Source: Eledone cirrhosa (Eukaryota). From it: a stretch of DNA of 64,000 bases. Of the stretch, positions 1 to 12,000 are shown in pieces. Position 1 is the stretch's first letter. Every line of letters begins with the position of its first letter. The stretch spans positions 147,002,001 through 147,066,000 of the forward strand of contig OZ024740.1 in assembly GCA_964016885.1 (NCBI GenBank), read 5' to 3'. Under the pieces are notes generated by a model, which was given only the letters and a program-made list of their open reading frames with translations, was not told where the DNA came from and searched no databases. Position numbers and translations under genes: made by a program.

Positions 1-3000
1 CTGTCTCTCTGTCTCTGTGTCTGTCTCTCTGTCTCTGTGTCTGTCTCTCTGTCTCTGTGTCTGTCTCTGTGTCTGTCTCTGTGTCTGTCTCTGTGTCTGT
101 CTCTGTGTCTGTCTCTGTGTCTGTCTCTGTGTCTGTCTCTGTCACTGTGTCTGTCTCTGTGTCTGTCTCTGTGTCTGTCTCTGTGTCTGTCTCTGTGTCT
201 GTCTCTGTGTCTGTCTCTGTCTCTGTCTCTGTCTCTGCGTCTGTCTCTGCGTCTGTCTCTGCGTCTGCGTCTGCGTCTGCGTCTGTCTCTGCCTCTGTGT
301 CTGCCTCTGTGTCTGCCTCTGTGTCTGCTTCTGTGTCTGTCTCTGTGTCTGTCTCTGTGTCTGTCTCTGTGTCTGTCTCTGTGTCTGTCTCTGTGTCTGT
401 CTCTGTGTCTGTCTCTGTGTCTGTCTCTGTGTCTGTCTCTGTGTCTGTCTCTGTGTCTGTCTCTGTGTCTGTCTCTGTGTCTGTCTCTGTGTCTGTCTCT
501 GTGTCTGTGTCCGTCTCTGTGTCCGTCTCTGTGTCCGTCTCTGTGTCCGTCTCTGTGTCCGTCTCTGTGCCCGTCTCTGTGTCCGTCTCTGTGTCCGTCT
601 CTGTGTCCGTCTCTGTGTCCGTCTCTGTGTCCGTCTCTGTCTCTTTCTCTGTGTCCGTCTCTGTCTCTTTCTCTGTGTCTGTCTCTTTCTCTGTCTCTTT
701 CTCTGTGTCTGTCTCTGTGTCTGTCTCTGTGTCTGTCTCTGTGTCTGTCTCTGTGTCTGTCTCTGCGTCTGTCTCTGCGTCTGTCTCTGCGTCTGTCTCT
801 GCGTCTGTCTCTGCGTCTGTCTCTGCGTCTGTCTCTGCGTCTGTCTCTGCGTCTGTCTCTGCGTCTGCCTCTGCGTCTGCCTCTGCCTCTGCCTCTGTCT
901 CTGCCTCTGCCTCTGCCTCTGCGTCTGTCTCTGCGTCTGTCTCTGCGTCTGTCTCTGTGTCTGTCTCTGTGTCTGTCTCTGTGTCTGTCTCTGTCTCTGT
1001 CTCTGTCTCTGTGTCTGTCTCTGTCTCTGTGTCTGTCTCTGTGTCTGTCTCTGTGTCTGTCTCTGTGTCTGTCTCTGTGTCTGTCTCTGTGTCTGTCTCT
1101 GTGTCTGTCTCTGTGTCTGTCTCTGTGTCTGTCTCTGTGTCTGTCTCTGTGTCTGTCTCTGTGTCTGTCTCTGTGTCTGTCTCTGTGTCTGTCTCTGTGT
1201 CCGTCTCTGTGTCCGTCTCTGTGTCCGTCTCTGTGTCCGTCTCTGTCTCCGTCTCTGTCTCCGTCTCTGTCTCCGTCTCTGTCTCCGTGTCTGTCTCCGT
1301 CTCTGTCTCCGTCTCTGTCTCCGTCTCTGTCTCCGTCTCTGTGTCCGTCTCTGTGTCCGTCTCTGTGTCCGTCTCTGTGTCCGTCTCTGTGTCCGTCTCT
1401 GTGTCTGTCTCTGTGTCTGTCTCTTTCTCTGTCTCTGTGTCTGTCTCTGTGTCTGTCTCTGTGTCTGTCTCTGTGTCTGTCTCTGTGTCTGTCTCTGTGT
1501 CTGTCTCTGTGTCTGTCTCTGTGTCTGTCTCTGTGTCTGTCTCTGTGTCTGTGTCCGTCTCTGTGTCCGTCTCTGTGTCCGTCTCTGTGTCCGTCTCTGT
1601 CTCCGTGTCTGTCTCCGTGTCTGTCTCCGTGTCTGTCTCCGTGTCTGTCTCCGTGTCTGTCTCCGTGTCTGTCTCTGTCTCTGCGTCTGTCTCTGCGTCT
1701 GTCTCTGTGTCTGTCTCTGTGTCTCTGTGTCTGTCTCTGTGTCTGTCTCTGTGTCTGTGTCTGTGTCTGTGTCTGTGTCTGTGTCTGTCTCTGTGTCTGT
1801 CTCTGTGTCTGTCTCTGTGTCTGTCTCTGCGTCTGTCTCTGCGTCTGTCTCTGCGTCTGTCTCTGCGTCTGTCTCTGCGTCTGTCTCTGCGTCTGTCTCT
1901 GCGTCTGTCTCTGCGTCTGTCTCTGCGTCTGTCTCTGCGTCTGTCTCTGCGTCTGTCTCTCTGTCTCTGTGTCTGTCTCTCTGTCTCTGTGTCTGTCTCT
2001 CTGTCTCTGTGTCTGTCTCTGTGTCTGTCTCTGTGTCTGTCTCTGTGTCTGTCTCTGTGTCTGTCTCTGTGTCTGTCTCTGTGTCTGTCTCTGTGTCTGT
2101 CTCTGTGTCTGTCTCTGTGTCTGTCTCTGTGTCTGTCTCTGTGTCTGTCTCTGTGTCTGTCTCTGTCTCTGTGTCTGTCTCTGTGTCTGTCTCTGTGTCT
2201 GTCTCTGTGTCTGTCTCTGTGTCCGTCTCTGTGTCCGTCTCTGTGTCCGTCTCTGTGTCCGTCTCTGTGTCTGTCTCTGTGTCTGTCTCTGTGTCTGTCT
2301 CTGTGTCTGTCTCTGTGTCTGTCTCTGTGTCTGTCTCTGTGTCTGTCTCTGTGTCTGTCTCTGTGTCTGTCTCTGTGTCTGTCTCTGTGTCTGTCTCTGT
2401 GTCTGTCTCTGTGTCTGTCTCTGTGTCTGTCTCTGTGTCTGTCTCTGTGTCTGTCTCTGTGTCTGTCTCTGTGTCCGTCTCTGTGTCCGTCTCTGTGTCC
2501 GTCTCTGTGTCCGTCTCTGTGTCCGTCTCTGTGTCCGTCTCTGTCTCCGTGTCTGTCTCCGTGTCTGTCTCCGTCTCTGTCTCCGTGTCTGTCTCCGTGT
2601 CTGTCTCCGTGTCTGTCTCCGTGTCTGTCTCCGCGTCTGTCTCCGTGTCTGTCTCCGCGTCTGTCTCCGCGTCTGTCTCCGCGTCTGTCTCCGCGTCTGT
2701 CTCCGCGTCTGTCTCCGCGTCTGTCTCCGCGTCTGTCTCTGCGTCTGTCTCTGCGTCTGTCTCTGCGTCTGTCTCTGCGTCTGTCTCTGCGTCTGTCTCT
2801 GCGTCTGCCTCTGTGTCTGCCTCTGTGTCTGCGTCTGCCTCTGTGCCTGTCTCTGCATCTGTCTCTGCGTCTGTCTCTGCGTCTGTCTCTGCGTCTGTCT
2901 CTGCGTCTGTCTCTGCGTCTGTCTCTGCGTCTGTCTCTGCGTCTGTCTCTCTGTCTCTGTCTCTGTGTCTGTCTCTCTGTCTCTGGCTCTGTGTCTGTCT

Positions 3001-6000
3001 CTCTGTCTCTGGCTCTGTGTCTGTCTCTGTGTCTGTGTCTGTCTCTCTGTGTCTGTCTCTGTCTCTGTGTCTGTCTCTGTGTCTGTCTCTGTGTCTGTGT
3101 CTGTCTCTGTCTCTGTGTCTGTCTCTGTGTCTGTCTCTGTGTCTGTCTCTGTGTCTGTCTCTGTGTCTATCTCTGTGTCTGTGTCTGTGTCTCTCTCTGT
3201 CTCTGTGTCTGTCTCTGTCTCTGTGTCTGTCTCTGTGTCTGTGTCTGTGTCTGTCTCTGCCTCTGCCTCTGCCTCTGTCTCTGTGTCTGTCTCTGCCTGT
3301 CTCTGTGTCTGTCTCTGCCTCTGTCTCTGCGTCTGTCTCTGCGTCTGTCTCTGTGTCTGTCTCTGTGTCTGTCTCTGTGTCTGTGTCTGTCTCTGTGTCT
3401 GTCTCTGCCTCTGTCTCTGCGTCTGTCTCTGCGTCTGTCTCTGCGTCTGTCTCTGCGTCTGTCTCTGCGTCTGCCTCTGCGTCTGCCTCTGTGTCTGCCT
3501 CTGTGTCTGCGTCTGCCTCTGTGCCTGTCTCTGCATCTGTCTCTGCGTCTGTCTCTGCGTCTGTCTCTGCGTCTGTCTCTGCGTCTGTCTCTGCGTCTGT
3601 CTCTGCGTCTGTCTCTGCGTCTGTCTCTGCGTCTGTCTCTGCGTCTGTCTCTGCGTCTGTCTCTGCGTCTGTCTCTGTCTCTGCGTCTGTCTCTGTGTCT
3701 GTGTCTGTCTCTGTGTCTGTGTCTGTGTCTGTCTCTGTGTCTGTCTCTGTGTCTGTGTCTGTCTCTGTGTCTGTCTCTGTGTCTGTGTCTGTGTCTGTGT
3801 CTGTGTCTGTCTCTGTGTCTGTCTCTGTCTCTGTCTCTGTGTCTGCGCCTGTCTCTCTGCGCTTGTCTCTCTGCGCTTGTCTCTCTGCGCCTGTCTCTCT
3901 GCGCCTGTCTCTCTGCGGCTGTCTCTCTGCGCCTGTCTCTCTGCGCCTGTCTCTCTGCGCCTGTCTCTCTGCGCCTGTCTCTCTGCGCCTGTCTCTCTGC
4001 GCCTGTCTCTCTGCGCCTGTCTCTCTGCGTCTGTCTCTCTGTGTCTGTCTCTGTGTCTGTCTCTGTGTCTGTCTCTGTGTCTGTCTCTGTGTCTGTCTCT
4101 GTGTCTGTCTCTGTGTCTGTCTCTGTGTCTGTCTCTGTGTCTGTCTCTGTGTCTGTCTCTGTGTCTGTCTCTGTGTCAGTGTCTGTCTCTGTCTCTGTGT
4201 CAGTGCCTGTCTCTGTCTCTGTGTCAGTGTCTGTGTCAGTGTCTGTATCAGTGTCTGTGTCAGTGTCTGTATCAGTGTCTGTGTCAGTGTCTGTATCAGT
4301 GTGTGTATCAGTGTGTGTATGAAGTGTGTGTATCAGTGTGTGTATCAGTGTGTGTGTCTGTGTCTGTGTGTGTGTGGCTGTGTCTATCTGTCTGTCTGTG
4401 TGTGTGTGTGTGTGTGAATGTCTGTGTCTGTATGTGTGTGTGACTGTGTCTGTCTGTGTGTGTGACTGTGTCTGTCTGTGTGTGTGACTGTGTCTGCCTG
4501 ACTGTCTGTGTCTGTCTGTGTCTCTGTCTGTCTCTCTGTCTGTCTCTCTGTCTGTGTCTCTCTGTCTGTGTCTCTCTGTCTGTGTCTCTCTGTCTGTGTC
4601 TCTCTGTCTGTGTCTCTCTGTGTCTGTCTCTCTGTGTCTGTCTCTCCGTCTGTCTCTGTGTCTGTCTCTGTGTCTGTCTCTGCGTCTGTCTCTGTGTCTG
4701 TCTCTGCGTCTGTCTCTGTGTCTGTCTCTGCCTCTGTCTCTGTGTCTGTCTCTGCGTCTGTCTCTGTCTCTACGTCTGTCTTGGTGTCTGTGTCTGTCTC
4801 TGTGTCTGCGTCTGTCTCTGTGTCTGTGTCTGTGTCTGTCTCTGTGTCTGTCTCTGTCTCTGCGTCTGTCTCTGCGTCTGTCTCTGCGTCTGTCTCTGCG
4901 TCTGTCTCTGCGTCTGTCTCTGCGTCTGTCTCTGCGTCTGTCTCTGCGTCTGTCTCTGCGTCTGTCTCTGCGTCTGTCTCTGCGTCTGTCTCTGCGTCTG
5001 TCTCTGTCTCTGTCTCTGCGTCTGTCTCTGCGCCTGTCTCTGCGTCTGTCTCTGCGCCTGTCTCTGCGCCTGTCTCTGCGCCTGTCTCTGCGCCTGTCTC
5101 TGCGCCTGTGTCTGTGTCTGTGTCTGTGTCTGTGTCTGTGTCTGTCTCTGTCTCTGTGTCTGTCTCTGTGTCTGTCTCTGCGTCTGTCTCTGCGTCTGTC
5201 TCTGTGTCTGTCTCTGCGTCTGTCTCTGCGTCTGTCTCTGCGTCTGTATCTGCGTCTGTCTCTGCGTCTGTGTCTGCGTCTGTGTCTGTCTCTGTGTCTG
5301 TCTCTGTGTCTGTGTCTGTCTCTGTGTCCGTCTCTGTGTCCGTCTCTGTGTCCGTCTCTGTGTCCGTCTCTGTCTCCGTCTCTGTCTCTGTCTCTGTCTC
5401 TGTCTCTGTGTCTGTCTCTGTGTCTGTCTCTGTGTCTCTCTCTGTGTCTGTCTCTGTGTCTGTCTCTGTGTCTGTCTCTGTCTCTGTCTCTGTCTCTGTC
5501 TCTGTCTCTGTCTCTGCGTCTGTCTCTGCGTCTGTCTCTGCGTCTGTCTCGTCTGTCTCTGCGTCTGTCTCTGCGTCTGTCTCTGCGTCTGTCTCTGCGT
5601 CTGTCTCTGCGTCTGTCTCTGCGTCTGTCTCTGCGTCCGTCTCTGCGTCCGTCTCTGCGTCCGTCTCTGCGTCCGTCTCTGCATCCGTCTCTGTCTCTGT
5701 GTCTGTCTCTGTCTCTGCGTCTGTCTCTGCGTCTGTCTCTGCGTCTGTCTCTGCGTCTGTCTCTGCGTCTCTGTGTCTGTCTCTGTCTCTGTGTCTGTCT
5801 CTGTCACTGTGTCTGTGTCCGTCTCTGCGTCTGTCTCTACGTCTGTCTCTGCGTCCGTCTCTGCACCCGTCTCTGCGTCCGTCTCTGCCTCCGTGGCTGT
5901 CTCCGTGTCTGTCTCTGTGTCTGTCTCTGTGTCTGTCTCTGTGTCTGTCTCTGTGTCTGTCTGTCTCTGCGTCTGTCTCTGCGTCTGTCTCTGCGTCTGT

Positions 6001-9000
6001 CTCTGCGTCTGTCTCTGCGTCTGTCTCTGCGTCTGTCTCTGCGTCTGTCTCTGCGTCTGTCTCTGCGTCTGTCTCTGCGTCTGTCTCTGCGTCTGTCTCT
6101 GCGTCTGTCTCTGCGTCTGTCTCTGCGTCTGTCTCTGCGTCTGTCTCTGCGTCTGTCTCTGCGTCTGTCTCTGTGTCTGTCTCTGTGTCTGTCTCTGTGT
6201 CTGTCTCTGTGTCTGTCTCTGTGTCTGTCTCTGTGTCTGTCTCTGTGTCTGTCTCTGTGTCTGTCTCTGTGTCTGTCTCTGTGTCTGTCTCTGTGTCTGT
6301 CTCTGTGTCTGTCTCTGTGTCTGTCTCTGTGTCTGTCTCTGTGTCTGTCTCTGTGTCTGTCTCTGTGTCTGTCTCTGTGTCTGTCTCTGTGTCTGTCTCT
6401 GTGTCTGTCTCTGTGTCTGTCTCTGTCTCTGTGTCTGTCTCTGTGTCTGTCTCTGTGTCTGTCTCTGTGTCTATCTCTGTGTCTGTCAGTCTCTGTGTCT
6501 GTGTCTGTGTCTGTGTCTGTGTCTGTGTCTGTGTCTGTGTCTGTGTCTGTGTCTGTCTCTGCGTCTGTCTCTGCGTCTGTCTCGTCTGTCTCTGCGTCTG
6601 TCTCTGCGTCTGTCACTGCGTCTGTCTCTGCGTCTGTCTCTCCGTCTGTCTCTCCGTCTGTCTCTCCGTCTGTCTCTGCGTCCGTCTCTGCGTCCGTCTC
6701 TGCGTCCGTCTCTGCGTCCGTCTCTGCGTCCGTCTCTGCGTCTGTCTCTACGTCTCTGTGTCTGTCTCTGTGTCTGTCTCTGTGTCTGTCTCTGTGTCTG
6801 CGTCTGCGTCTGCGTCTGCGTCTGTCTCTGCGTCTGTCTCTGCGTCTGTCTCTGCGTCTGTCTCTGCGTCTGTCTCTGCGTCTGTCTCTGCGTCTGTCTC
6901 TGCGTCTGTCTCTGCGTCTGTCTCTGTGTCTGTCTCTGCCTCTGTCTCTGTCTCTGCCTCTGCGTCTGTCTCTGCGTCTGTCTCTGCGTCTGTCTCTGCG
7001 TCTGTCTCTGCGTCTGCGTCTGCCTCTGCGTCTGCCTCTGCGTCTGTCTCTGTCTCTGTCTCTGCCTCTGTCTCTGCCTCTGTCTCTGCCTCTTCGTCTG
7101 TCTCTGCGTCTGTCTCTGCGTCTGTCTCTGCGTCTGTCTCTGCGTCTGTCTCTGCGTCTGTCTCTGCGTCTGTCTCTGCGTCTGTCTCTGCGTCTGTCTC
7201 TGTGTCTGCGTCTGTCTCTGCGTCTGTCTCTGCGTCTGTCTCTGTGTCTGTCTCTGTGTCTGTCTCTGTCTCTGTCTCTGTCTCTGTCTCTGTCTCTGTG
7301 TCTGTCTCTGTGTCTGTCTCTGTGTCTGTCTCTGTGTCTGTCTCTGTGTCTGTCTCTGTGTCTGTCTCTGTGTCTGTCTCTGTGTCTGTCTCTGTGTCTG
7401 TCTCTGTGTCTGTCTCTGTCTCTGTGTCTGTCTCTGTGTCTGTCTCTGTGTCTATCTCTGTGTCTGTCAGTCTCTGTGTCTGTGTCTGTGTCTGTGTCTG
7501 TGTCTGTGTCTGTGTCTGTCTCTGCGTCTGTCTCTGCGTCTGTCTCGTCTGTCTCTGCGTCTGTCTCTGCGTCTGTCACTGCGTCTGTCTCTGCGTCTGT
7601 CTCTGAGTCTGTCTCTCCGTCTGTCTCTCCGTCCGTCTCTGCGTCCGTCTCTGCGTCCGTCTCTGCGTCCGTCTCTGCGTCCGTCTCTGCGTCCGTCTCT
7701 GCGTCCGTCTCTGCGTCCGTCTCTGCGTCCGTCTCTACGTCTGTCTCTACGTCTCTGTGTCTGTCTCTGTGTCTGTCTCTGTGTCTGCGTCTGCGTCTGC
7801 GTCTGTCTCTGCGTCTGTCTCTGCGTCTGTCTCTGCGTCTGTCTCTGCGTCTGTCTCTGCGTCCGTCTCTGCACCCGTCTCTGCGTCCGTCTCTGCCTCC
7901 GTGGCTGTCTCCGTGTCTGTCTCTGTGTCTGTCTCTGTGTCTGTCTCTGTGTCTGTCTCTGTGTCTGTCTGTCTCTGCGTCTGTCTCTGCGTCTGTCTCT
8001 GCGTCTGTCTCTGCGTCTGTCTCTGCGTCTGTCTCTGCGTCTGTCTCTGCGTCTGTCTCTGCGTCTGTCTCTGCGTCTGTCTCTGTGTCTGTCTCTGTGT
8101 CTGTCTCTGTGTCTGTCTCTGTGTCTGTCTCTGTGTCTGTCTCTGTGTCTGTCTCTGTGTCTGTCTCTGTGTCTGTCTCTGTGTCTGTCTCTGTGTCTGT
8201 CTCTGTGTCTGTCTCTGTCTCTGTCTCTGTCTCTGTCTCTGTGTCTGTCTCTGTGTCTGTCTCTGTGTCTGTCTCTGTGTCTGTCTCTGTGTCTGTCTCT
8301 GTCTCTGTGTCTGTCTCTGTGTCTGTCTCTGTGTCTGTGTCTGTCAGTCTCTGTGTCTGTGTCTGTGTCTGTGTCTGTGTCTGTGTCTGTGTCTGTGTCT
8401 GTGTCTGTCTCTGCGTCTGTCTCTGCGTCTGTCTCGTCTGTCTCTGCGTCTGTCTTGCGTCTGTCACTGCGTCTGTCTCTGCGTCTGTCTCTGAGTCTGT
8501 CTCTCCGTCTGTCTCTCCGTCTGTCTCTGCGTCCGTCTCTGCGTCCGTCTCTGCGTCCGTCTCTGCGTCCGTCTCTGCGTCCGTCTCTGCGTCCGTCTCT
8601 GCGTCTGTCTCTACGTCTCTGTGTCTGTCTCTGTGTCTGTCTCTGTGTCTGTCTCTGTGTCTGTCTCTGTGTCTGCGTCTGCGTCTGCGTCTGCGTCTGT
8701 CTCTGCGTCTGTCTCTGCGTCTGTCTCTGCGTCTGTCTCTGCGTCTGTCTCTGCGTCTGTCTCTGCGTCTGTCTCTGCGTCTGTCTCTGCGTCTGTCTCT
8801 GCGTCTGTCTCTGTGTCTGTCTCTGCCTCTGTCTCTGTCTCTGCCTCTGCGTCTGTCTCTGCGTCTGTCTCTGCGTCTGTCTCTGCGTCTGTCTCTGCGT
8901 CTGCGTCTGCCTCTGCGTCTGCCTCTGCGTCTGTCTCTGTCTCTGTCTCTGTCTCTGCCTCTGTCTCTGCCTCTGTCTCTGCCTCTTCGTCTGTCTCTGC

Positions 9001-12000
9001 GTCTGTCTCTGCGTCTGTCTCTGCGTCTGTCTCTGCGTCTGTCTCTGCGTCTGTCTCTGTGTCTGTCTCTGTGTCTGCGTCTGTCTCTGCGTCTGTCTCT
9101 GTGTCTGTCTCTGTGTCTGTCTCTGTGTCTGTCTCTGTGTCTGTCTCTGTGTCTGTCTCTGTGTCTGTCTCTGTGTCTGTCTCTGTGTCTGTCTCTGTCT
9201 CTGTCTCTGTCTCTGTGTCTGTCTCTGTCTCTGTCTCTGTCTCTGTGTCTGTCTCTGTGTCTGTCTCTGTGTCTGTCTCTGTGTCTGTCTCTGTGTCTGT
9301 CTCTGTGTCTGTCTCTGTGTCTGTCTCTGTGTCTGTCTCTGTGTCTGTCTCTGTGTCTGTCTCTGTCTCTGTGTCTGTCTCTGTGTCTGTCTCTGTGTCT
9401 GTCTCTGTGTCTATCTCTGTGTCTGTCAGTCTCTGTGTCTGTGTCTGTGTCTGTGTCTGTGTCTGTGTCTGTGTCTGTGTCTGTCTCTGCGTCTGTCTCT
9501 GCGTCTGTCTCGTCTGTCTCTGCGTCTGTCTCTGCGTCTGTCACTGCGTCTGTCTCTGCGTCTGTCTCTGAGTCTGTCTCTCCGTCTGTCTCTCCGTCTG
9601 TCTCTGCGTCCGTCTCTGCGTCCGTCTCTGCGTCCGTCTCTGCGTCCGTCTCTGCGTCCGTCTCTGCGTCCGTCTCTACGTCCGTCTCTACGTCTCTGTG
9701 TCTGTCTCTGTGTCTGTCTCTGTGTCTGCGTCTGCGTCTGCGTCTGCGTCTGTCTCTGCGTCTGTCTCTGCGTCTGTCTCTGCGTCTGTCTCTGCGTCTG
9801 TCTCTGCGTCTGTCTCTGCGTCTGTCTCTGCGTCTGTCTCTGCGTCTGTCTCTGCGTCTGTCTCTGTGTCTGTCTCTGTGTCTGTCTCTGCCTCTGTCTC
9901 TGTCTCTGCCTCTGTCTCTGCGTCTGTCTCTGCGTCTGTCTCTGCGTCTGTCTCTGCGTCTGTCTCTGCGTCTGCCTCTGCGTCTGCCTCTGCGTCTGCC
10001 TCTGCGTCTGCCTCTGCGTCTGCCTCTGCGTCTGTCTCTGCGTCTGTCTCTGCGTCTGTCTCTGTGTCTGTCTCTGCGTCTGTCTCTGTGTCTGTCTCTG
10101 TGTCTGTCTCTGTGTCTGTCTCTGTGTCTGTCTCTGTCTCTACGTCTGTCTCTGCGTCTGTCTCTGCGTCTGTCTCTGCGTCTGCGTCTCTCTCTGCGTC
10201 TGTCTCTGCGTCTGTCTCTGTGTCTCTCTCTGTGTCTGTCTCTGTGTCTGTCTCTGTGTCTGTCCCTGTGTCTGTCCCTGTGTCTGTCTCTGTGTCTGTC
10301 TCTGTGTCTGTCTCTGTGTCTGTCTCTGTGTCTGTCTCTGTGTCTGTCTCTGTGTCTGTCTCTGTGTCTGTCTCTGTGTCTGTCTCTGTGTCTGTCTCTG
10401 TGTCTGTCTCTGTGTCTGTCTCTGCGTCTGTCTCTGCGTCTGTCTCTGCGTCTGTCTCTGTGTCCGTCTCTGTGTCTGTCTCTGTGTCTGTCTCTGTGTC
10501 TGTCTCTGTCTCAACGTCTGTCCCTGCGTCTGTCTCTGCGTCTGTCTCTGCGTCTGTCTCTGCGTCTGTCTCTGCGTCTGTCTCTGCGTCTGTCTCTGCG
10601 TCTGTCTCTGCGTCTGTCTCTGCGTCTGTCTCTGCGTCTGTCTCTGCGTCCGTCTCTGCGTCCGTCTCTGCGTCCGTCTCTGCGTCCGTCTCTGCGTCCG
10701 TCTCTGCGTCCGTCTCTGCGTCCGTCTCTGCGTCCGTCTCTGCGTCCGTCTCTGCGTCCGTCTCTGCGTCCGTCTCTGCGTCCGTCTCTGTGTCCGTCTC
10801 TGTGTCTGTCTCTGTGTCTGTCTCTGTGTCTGTCACTGTGTCTGTCTCTCCGTCTGTCTCTGTGTCTGTCTCTGCGTCTGTCTCTGCGTCTGTCTCTGCG
10901 TCTGTCTCTGCGTCTGTCTCTGCGTCTGTCTCTGTGTCTCTGTGTCTGTCTCTGCGTCTGTCTCTGCCTCTGTCTCTGCCTCTGTCTCTGCCTCTGTGTC
11001 TGCCTCTGTGTCTGTCTCTGTCTCTGTGTCTGTCTCTCCGTCTGTCTCTGCGTCTGTCTCTGCGTCTGTCTCTGCGTCTGTCTCTGCGTCTGTCTCTGCG
11101 TCTGTCTCTGCGTCTGTCTCTGCGTCTGTCTCTGCGTCTGTCTCTGCGTCTGTCTCTGCGTCTGTCTCTGCGTCTGTCTCTGCCTCTGTCTCTGCGTCTG
11201 TCTCTGCCTCTGTCTCTGTCTCTGCCTCTGTCTCTGCCTCTGTCTCTGTCTCTGTCTCTGCGTCTGTCTCTGCGTCTGTCTCTACCTCTGCCTCTGTCTC
11301 TGTGTCTGTCTCTACGTCTGTCTCTGCGTCTGTCTCTGCGTCTGTCTCTGCGTCTGTCTCTGCGTCTGTCTCTGCGTCTGTCTCTGCGTCTGTCTCTGCG
11401 TCTGTCTCTGCGTCTGTCTCTGCGCCTGTCTCTGCGCCTGTCTCTGCGCCTGTCTCTGCGCCTGTCTCTGCGCCTGTCTCTGCGCCTGTCTCTGCGCCTG
11501 TCTCTGCTCCTGTCTCTGCCTCTGTCTCTGCCTCTGTCTCTGCCTCTGTCTCTGCCTCTGTCTCTGTCTCTGCGTCTGCCTCTGCGTCTGTCTCTGCGTC
11601 TGTGTCTGTCTCTGTGTCCGTCTCTGTGTCCGTCTCTGTGTCCGTCTCTGTGTCCGTCTCAGCGTCTGTCTCTGCGTCCGTCTCTGCGTCCGTCTCTGCG
11701 TCCGCCTCCGCGTCCGCCTCCGCGTCCGCCTCCGCGTCTGTCTCCGTGTCTGTCTCTCCATCTGTCTCTGTGTCTCTCTCTGTGTCTCTCTCTGTGTCTG
11801 TCTCTGTGTCTCTCTCTGTGTCTGTCTCTGTGTCTGTCTCTGCGTCCGTCTCTGCGTCCGTCTCTGCGTCCGTCTCTGCGTCCGTCTCTGCGTCCGTCTC
11901 TGCGTCCGTCTCTGCGTCCGTCTCTGCGTCCGTCTCTGCGTCCGTCTCTCGTCCGTCTCTGCGTCCGTCTCTGCGTCTGTCTCTGTGTCTGTGTCTGTCT

